A stretch of 45,397 bases of DNA, counting the filler, from Jimgerdemannia flammicorona (lineage: Eukaryota): the NCBI GenBank assembly GCA_003990765.1. It is 2 parts of 2 records of this genome, joined end to end, with 100 filler letters (N's around TTAATTAATTAA, not from the genome) between each part and the next. Parts side by side here need not be neighbours in the genome. Positions count along the whole stretch, not along the records: positions 22,757 to 45,397 come from RBNJ01001235.1; 1 more part is not named here. The stretch is one strand, 5' to 3'. Shown here one piece after another: positions 38,292 to 45,397 of the stretch (the first letter of the stretch is position 1; each line of letters opens with the position of its first letter). The notes beneath the pieces were generated by a model that was not told the DNA's origin, did no database searches, and was given only the letters and a program-made list of their open reading frames with translations. Both the position numbers and the translations under genes were made by a program.

Positions 38292-40200
38292 GCTATGAAA
38301 AATACCAATTTTATAGCTTTTTGAGTTTCCAACCTAGGTAGTCTACTGTCTTCTTACTGAGAGACATTTTTCTGCTTCTATATTAATAATGGCTTCAAAG
38401 ATTCTGTCCTCAATCTAGTAGGTAGTATAGATAGAAGACTTGTAATTATCTTTATTACTCTCTTCACTATAATCTTCTTATGTATTATTGATCTTAACTC
38501 TCTTCCATTCTTGTTCCTTGACTGTTTTTATAAGTTCCAGTCTTATTTGTTATCTAAAGATAGAGATTTCTGTCTACTGTCCAAAGGTTACATTGACTTT
38601 CTGCTAACAGAGATTCCTTAAGATATATATCATACTTGAAGATTTTATTCTTTTACAGTTTCTTCTCCTTCTCTTCTTCACTAATAAAAGTATTACCTCA
38701 GATAATATATATCTTCTACTACTTATTCAAGTTCTATATCTTGATCTATTTCTTCAGCTATGATTTTGTTTTCTATACAAACTTTTATTTATCTTTATAA
38801 AGACTATTCTACTAGATTTTTTTTGAGTCTTCTTGGTGGTCTCTTGTAGAATTCTCTACAGATATCTTTCTTAGAGATAAGAGTAGAGTAAGCTTCTCAT
38901 TCTTGCTCTTTATCAGAATCTTCAATATCTTTGAAGGTGATAGTATTAGTTTGTTTATATTTTCTAGTAGTATTGCTTAGCTGGACCTTATACTTGGTTT
39001 CACTTATATATATATTTATAGAAGTAGTGGTCTTCTTCTCCACAAGTGTAGCAGGTTTCTCTTTTCTTATCTATAGTGATAGCAAACTTCTGAACTAGAT
39101 AACCATCTCTTTCTCTGATTTTCTTAACTATATCTCTCTTATTTCTGTAAAATTCTTAATAGGTTTCTCATAGGATCACTATTTCTCTGCTAGTCTATTA
39201 TCTTTGATTGAGGTGTGTTTTGATTGATTTAGTTGTAGAGAATATGTTGATTATCTTGAATGCTTCAATTCTGACTTTAGTAACTCTCTCTATTATATTG
39301 TCTTGAGAGTGTCTAGCTATCTAATATTTCTGAGTATAAGTTATCTTCTATATGAAGTTCAGAACTAATGATATTGATCAGATTACCATAGCTATCTCTA
39401 GGTGAATTCCTTTTATAAAGATTATTTTAGCTACTTGATCTCTGATGATATTAGTATAATTAATCAAGATTATCTAATAGCAGTTTTGGGTGTAGAAGAT
39501 ATTTGGGTCTCATTTATTTCTTGGTAGATAGTATTGAGTTGGTCCTTCAGAGTCTACTTGATTTCATCTTTATAGTAAATTACTTGTAACCAGGCCTTCC
39601 ATACTATCACTATTACAGTATTATCATTTTTAGTATAATTTATAGCTATAAATACAGCTCTTGCTGGTTCTCAGAGACTGAAGAGTATAAGAGCCACTTA
39701 CTGTCCTACTGTCAAAGTCTTTATAGTAGTATATTGCTTAAAATTATTAAGTAAGATAATAATTGATTCATCAGAGACATATTTATAAAATACTAATAAT
39801 CTCATATTTATTATATCTATATATCTTAGTTTAATTTGTATGTATATTTAAGTGATAGTAATAGTTTATTGTTTTAGCTTAAAAGTCTTGAATTACTAGC
39901 TAATGAATACTAAGTTATAATATATTAGATACAAGTATGATAGATGTTTTTATCTTAAATACTTAATCTTCTTTAACTTCTTGGAGTTCCAAGATACAGA
40001 AGTGGGTGAGGTTAAAATATATTTATCTACAGGCTTATCAGTTTCTTGTCTCTTTACTTGAACTATTTCAATCTGAGATTTATTCACTCTTGATATTAGG
40101 GATTTTTATAAGTTTACTAGCTATATAGTAGCTAAGTTAAGACTTCATTTTCTGAAAGTCATTTTGTATAGTTGAGAAATCTGTTCATCTGTATGATCTA

Positions 40201-40844
40201 TATGATTATGAGTTTTATACAGCTGTGCAATTATACAATCAAGAGATTAAGTAACTATTAAACTATAATATTATACTATATCAGAAATCAGATTCAGATA
40301 CCATGATCAAATATCTATCCCCTGATTGGTATTCCTAATATATATCAGCTATCAAACTATATTTTATAATTATCTAACTAGTAACTAGATAGTAACCATA
40401 CTTATATAAATACCCTAGAGATTTCAATGAATAAACTTCAGTCTGAAATCTAAGTTAAAATAAAAATATAAGTCTATCTATAAAATACTTCAAGAGATAT
40501 ATCTGTTAAAAGTTACTTAATTTAAAGAAAAGAATTGCAATACTCAGGAGAAACATCTGTTCATGAGCTACTATTAAGGAGATTGTGAGCTTACTCTGAA
40601 TTCTACTCTGGTCTACTTTCTAATATAAAGGAGTCTGCTATTTTTGGTCTGCTTACTCAATTAAGCCAGAAGATTTATTACCAAAGTTCTAAGAAAGAGA
40701 ACTCTGCTATTTATTTTTGAAATATTCTGTCTGAGATGAACCATTGATCATTTTGTTATTTTTTGACAAAATAACTGGGGGCTCAAGCCAATTTGCATAG
40801 CTGCCCCACCTTGTAATTTGCCTCTATTGAGCCAGCAGATTACA
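40201..40844 (+). repeat. Probable solo LTR (short type)
   Basis: Ends ...GGGGCTCAAGCCAATTTGC...CAGATTACA and is homologous to 19970-20667. TATAAATACCC and TGAATAAA at 40405-40435. Possible TSD ATCTA/ATATA; left end uncertain. Confidence 0.75.
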
Positions 40845-41196
40845 ATATAAAGAGAAGGTGGGAAAAACATATAGCAATTATAAGCCATGACAGAAGTTAG
40901 TATGAAGAATAAATGCAATATATCTTGAGTGAATACAAATAAATTTTAAAGTCTTATATATAGTGGGTAAAGTGCCGAAATAGGTGACAAGATAGTGTAT
41001 CAAAGTATTATAAGAAATATAATTTGCGCAAGACGAACGCGCACCCAGCGTTTCTGAAGCACCACCTCTGCCGTTTTCCTGTGGGTCTTTACTTTGTTTG
41101 AGCATTCTGTCTTGTTTGTCGGCACCCTTTTCAGTCCCGTCACCGACACCCCTTCAACTTTGCTGTCTTTGTTCATGCGAAATCCGATGTATCCGG

Positions 41197-41266
41197 TTAC
41201 TGCTTGTCGAGCGGTTCACATAGCACGCCGTTCCCCCGAGTCGTTGAGTAGGCAATATTGCAGATA
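41197..41266 (-). CDS. Predicted exon 2 of the deaminase-fold gene (G-ICNIAYSTTRGNGVLCEPLDKQ*)
   Basis: Branch-like TACTAAT (41296-41290). First downstream AG is the CAG at 41269-41267. The phase-2 join completes PPCGIC. Confidence 0.68.
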
Positions 41267-41807
41267 CTGCCATCCAATCCCACAGGTTAATTAGTATTTA
41301 GATCCGCTGTGCTGTCGGCGCCCTATCTCGGCTAAACTATATGCCACACCAATCTCGGCAACGTAACAATGCGGCTTTTGGTTCCAGGGTCATTCATCCC
41401 GCGACGCAACTCGCCATTCGATGCCTGTGTGAGCTATAAAACCGCAACCCAGGTATTGAGTCCCGATTCCGATTATTTTCGTGGCAACAGTATGAATAAG
41501 CCTTTTTGTCAAGATGTTCTTTCAGGTGGTAATAGCATCGATTTACCAAGATAAGTAACCAGGATTTATTTAATTCTCGGGATGAAAAGCGCGGATGGTT
41601 ATGCAAAAAAAATTATATATACATATAGCGAGCAAAGACAACAATAACATCTCGGTCCCTCCACGGCTCATTCATCTCATCATCTTGCACCTCCCGCAAT
41701 GTCATCAACAATCATCAACAATCTCGCCTTCATCATCCCTCCGCCTCTACGCCCTACACCTCCCATTGTCTATTTTAACCCGCATATCACCCAGGATCCA
41801 TCAGTAA

Positions 41808-42011
41808 AGAGGTCGCGGCAGCAGAGAAGTCATGGCAGCGGAGAGGACGCAGCGTAGGGGTCGCGGCAGTGGAGAGATCGCAGCGGAGAGTGGCAGCGGA
41901 GGGTGGCAGCGGAGAGGTTGTAGCAGAGGTGGCATTAGAGGGAAGTCACCGCGGAGAGTTCACAGTGGAGAGGTCGCAGAGGTCATTGAGGAGAGATAGA
42001 GGTCTTAGCAG
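41808..42011. repeat. Degenerate GCAGCGGAGAGGTC-type tandem repeat inside the predicted intron
   Basis: About 12 variable 11-19 nt units. Confidence 0.75.
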
Positions 42012-42157
42012 ATAGCAAAGGGAAGGCTTGTGCGATGGGCCACGTTATCACATTCCAATTTTCAAAAATGAAATATTTTAAGTTTACTTACTGTGATATT
42101 TACGGAAGGGAGTCATAGGGTGGGAATTCGACACCTGGGTTGACTCCCCTTTCCCAC

Positions 42158-42969
42158 CCACAAGGAGGGCAAAACGTTAGAGACTCTACATCGAATGTAA
42201 AGAGCCTCCAGCGTTCGCCCCCCCAATCGTCATTTATATCGGCGAGGGACCTGCCGTTTTTCAGGCCCTCTCCCAGGGCTCGAATAAGTGCGCCCCGTTC
42301 AGCACATTGGCTGACCTTGTGCCAAACGGGCTCTTGCCTCCTCACGCTTTCAAGGTCAACTATCGGCAGAAGAACCTGGTGTCGCCACATCCTGGCTTTC
42401 TGCGCAATACTACTACGTTGGTCATTTCTGGCACGTCCATCACCTTCCTTGTTTTTAATGGTTGTTAAACCAAGGTGTATGATGCCAGATTGATGGATGG
42501 CAATACAAATTTTTGTGGGACAGAGCACCAACTCCTCGGGGTCATTGAGCCGGATCCATTGCTTCAGCATAAGGACCCAGTCTCTCGCCCTTTTTATGGT
42601 GGGCTTCACATCATCGTCAGCCAAAAATAGTTTACCCTCCTCCCTCCATTGAGCTTCGAGGGCCCACAGCCCAATCTCGAAGGGAGTTGGGAGACTTTGC
42701 GCATTGGCAAGGTAAAATGCCAATGGCATTTTGGTGCTGACGGCGAAGAGGAGTTGGTGCGAAAGTCCCGCGATATTTTTGATTGTACCCATCGGATCAT
42801 CGGAATCAATAAAATTGATCCTCACCCTTGGAGAGATTGGGATGCTAGATTCGACATTCGTCTTAACCAACATCTTTTTCCCTTCATGACCATCTTCGTC
42901 ATCGTCGTAGCGCTTTCTCTTACCATGAGAAGCCAGGGAAGTGGTGGAAAGCGGAGGAGTCAGTGACAT
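42158..42969 (-). CDS. Exon 1 of a putative zinc-dependent nucleic-acid/cytidine deaminase-fold protein
   Basis: Stop-free, CpG-rich ORF. MSLTPPLS...GKRKRYDDDEDGHEGKK; HKVSQCAERGALIRALGEG; LTFCPPCG. Donor GG|GTGGGA at 42158|42157. The start codon is inferred; upstream in-frame ATGs exist up to 43179. Confidence 0.78.
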
Positions 42970-44382
42970 TTGTATGGGCTTGAGATTTGTGAGGTGGGAG
43001 AGGGTGTGTGGTTGTTTGATTTGTCTTGAGCACGGGAGATATTCCAGTAATGTGTGGGAAGCCGACGTACGACAGTAGTAATCGTGAATCGGTTGTTGGG
43101 TTGTTGTAGTGATCTCGGTATTCATGATGACGTCATCACACACGAAAAAAAAAAAATTGCTGATCTCAATTTCTATCATTGATTAAAACGACTGACAATT
43201 TCTACTAGGTAAGATTTTGGCTTGGCAGGTAGTCTTGAATGATAAAGACTAGGCAGAATGACTATGATTAGGCAGAATGATGACAGTGACTAAGCAGGAT
43301 GTAATGTATCTGGCCTCCAAGACCTTACGTCTACGTCTGTATTTCGATTAATGAAAATTTACGCGGTCGCCTACTGAAAAAATTGTATCTATCGTGACAC
43401 TTTTGCTTGAGTGAAGCATCGCAAGGCAACTTGTTTGTTCTGCTTTGTGGTCATCATTCTGCAATCAGTTAAATCGACGGTTCATTCTGCTTAATGGCTT
43501 AGTCGCCGTCGTTCTCCTTATTCGACGTCATTCTGCTTAATCGTCGGCATTTTGCAAATTATTCTTGAAATCCTCTGGCGGAATAAATCTGTTTTGGAAC
43601 TTCTGTAATTCGCAACAATGTGCTGATTATTCTTAAGAATCGAGGGATGCGATGGCCTGCCAATTGGTAACTGACAAAGGTTTTCCTAGTAGCTTCAGGG
43701 TTCTCGGAGGCGCTGATGGCATGTTTGACACCACGGATAAAAATTTGGTCTCTTGAAGCGACTGGCTCCATCGACGAGACCCCGATCAACAAATTAGACG
43801 CCTAAGCAGAATGACAGTAAAGTTCGAGACACCAACATAGCACAACAGTCGAAGTCATGGTTTATTCGGTAGAGAACCTATCTAAAAACCACTCATCTGT
43901 AAAAAAATATCTGTCTCTACCAATACACCTATATAATCTAAACCATTTACATCTCCTCAGTATAAATTATTGCTATCTTAAATAGTATATTTATATTTAC
44001 TGATATATAATACAAAGATAAAACTATTATTAAATTTATATAAATTAAAATAATTTTACTTATAATGATTGATATATTAATAATTTTTCAATCTCTATGC
44101 CTTACACTACATACCCACCAACTAACCACCAACTCAACCAACCAACCAACATCTAACCAACCGACAACCACAAACCACCAACAAACTAACTAACCATAAC
44201 ATACCGCAATGTTCGCTATTGTCTTGTGCTTTCCGTTCACGTTGTTTCTGTTTACTTGCTAAATTATGTTCCTGTTTGCGCTTTAAACTTCGGCGTGATT
44301 GACAACGACGAAGGGACGACGTGCTGACAACAACAAAGTCGATGGTGAATAATCGACGGGACTGATGATGGTGGTGGATGCA

Positions 44383-45022
44383 CGATAATGAGCCGACGGA
44401 AAGACGAGACGACGCGATGACGGAACGGCAACGGCAATACAGATAATAGAAGAACAATGACCGGCAGCAATGAACGACCGGCAGCAAAGGATGATCCTGG
44501 AACGGACGATGGTGAATGATCGACTGAAAGACGGTGGTGAATGATCGACTGAAAGACGGTGGTGGATGATCATAATGAGACGACGGCACGACGGGACGAC
44601 ATTGGCGAAAGCGATAATGGTAGAAAAACGACCGACAGTGATAAACAACGGCTGGCAGCAATAAACAACTACCGGCAATAAAGGATGACTAACGGAACAG
44701 ATGTTGGTGGTTAATCGATAATGAGACGACAGAACGGAATGACGGAAAGTGAAACGATAGCACGACGAGCATCGACCGGCGGCAATGAACAACGACTGGT
44801 AGAAAAGGGTGATCAATGGAACGGACGATGGTAGATGACCGATAACGAGAAGACGGGACAGATGATGGTGGCAACGGAGATACTCTGTTGGTGTAGTTAC
44901 CAATATTAAGCCGAACGAGGGAATGTGCGATGGACGACGACGAGATGAACGATGTACGGCGATGAGACGATGTACGACGACGAGATGAACGATGTACGGC
45001 GATGAGACGATGTACAACGACG
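44383..45022. repeat. CpG-rich degenerate minisatellite
   Basis: ~140-190 nt units starting (G/C)ATAATGAG(A/C)CGAC at 44383, 44571 and 44718, plus a partial unit at ~44841. Exact 25-bp duplication at 44511-44560 and 40-bp duplication at 44941-45020. Confidence 0.8.
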
Positions 45023-45373
45023 GGACAGTAGGCGTTAGCGATGCAAGAATAAAGTGATGATAATGTGTGGAATGTTGTATGCGTGTAAAAGTGACAATAT
45101 GTTCTGATTGCTGTATATAATGGTGTAGTTCCCTATATTCAGCAATATGGAATTGGTTGTGTGTGTGTATGTGGTCCGTAGTAATGCGTGAGATACGGTG
45201 CGATAAGTGGTAATGCCATGCGATATGTGGTAATGCTGTGCGATAGATGGTAATGCCGTGCAAGGCTGACAACCGTCAGCCGTTTGTCAACAATGGAACA
45301 CGTGACGTCGGCTAAGCCTTGGGAAGTGGGAATTGACCGTTTTGGGAATACGGGAGGCGCGCACAGCTTCTCG

Positions 45374-45397
45374 TTTTTTTTTTTTTTTTTTTTTTTT
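45374..45397 (-). repeat. Poly(T) run at window edge, possibly the tail of another minus-strand LINE
   Basis: At least 24 T; no body is visible in the window. Confidence 0.35.

Larger units (their letters stand above)
29950..40170 (-). mobile_element. Decayed gypsy element 3 (LTR, PBS, gag, protease, long spacer), related to element 2; hosts LINE copy 2 and a MITE
   Basis: LTR with TATA and GTGAATAAATCTCAG (~40110-40075), decayed PBS ~39912, knuckle TCYTCGEEDHY (39055-39023), protease IFEAIINIEAEKCL (decayed IIDTGAGGC, ~38405-38365). Boundaries approximate. Confidence 0.75.

Noticed and set aside
42100..42157. C-terminus WERGVNPGVEFPPYDSLP of the 359-aa ORF
   Set aside because: Better explained as read-through into an intron, because splicing completes PCxxC.
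42970..43179. N-terminal 70 aa of the 359-aa ORF
   Set aside because: Includes a T-run (FFFF) and UTR-like composition; ATG 42969 is preferred but not proven.
43559..43792. 77-aa minus-strand ORF upstream of the deaminase gene
   Set aside because: No ATG-anchored gene structure or recognisable motif. It could be a gene fragment, but this is unsupported.
44110..44200. Telomere-like C/A tract
   Set aside because: No regular repeat unit such as CCCTAA, and the position is internal.
44134..45272. 329-aa and 175-aa His/Arg/Ser-rich ORFs
   Set aside because: Low-complexity translations of a stop-poor minisatellite strand, with no domain-like features.

Overview
Eukaryotic, probably fungal, transposon graveyard (1-40844) next to a short CpG-intact genic island (40845-45397). 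The repeat block is a nest of decayed retroelements: two full-length and two 5'-truncated copies of an L1/Tx1-like LINE (APE-RT-CCHC), several Ty3/gypsy elements (one with a dUTPase and an extra ORF after integrase), a Ty1/copia element, several related LTRs and a fold-back MITE. All are riddled with C>T/G>A transitions and most are almost free of CpG. A 100-nt artificial N/TTAATTAATTAA linker at 22657-22756 means the two halves are not proven contiguous. The most notable item is a minus-strand gene at 41197-42969. After a predicted 891-nt intron is removed, it encodes a ~293-aa protein with an N-terminal KRKR basic patch and a complete zinc-deaminase signature (CAE...PPCGIC) that the ORF track misses. 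All calls come from manual reading and motif recognition; no database searches were run, and the boundaries of decayed elements are approximate.
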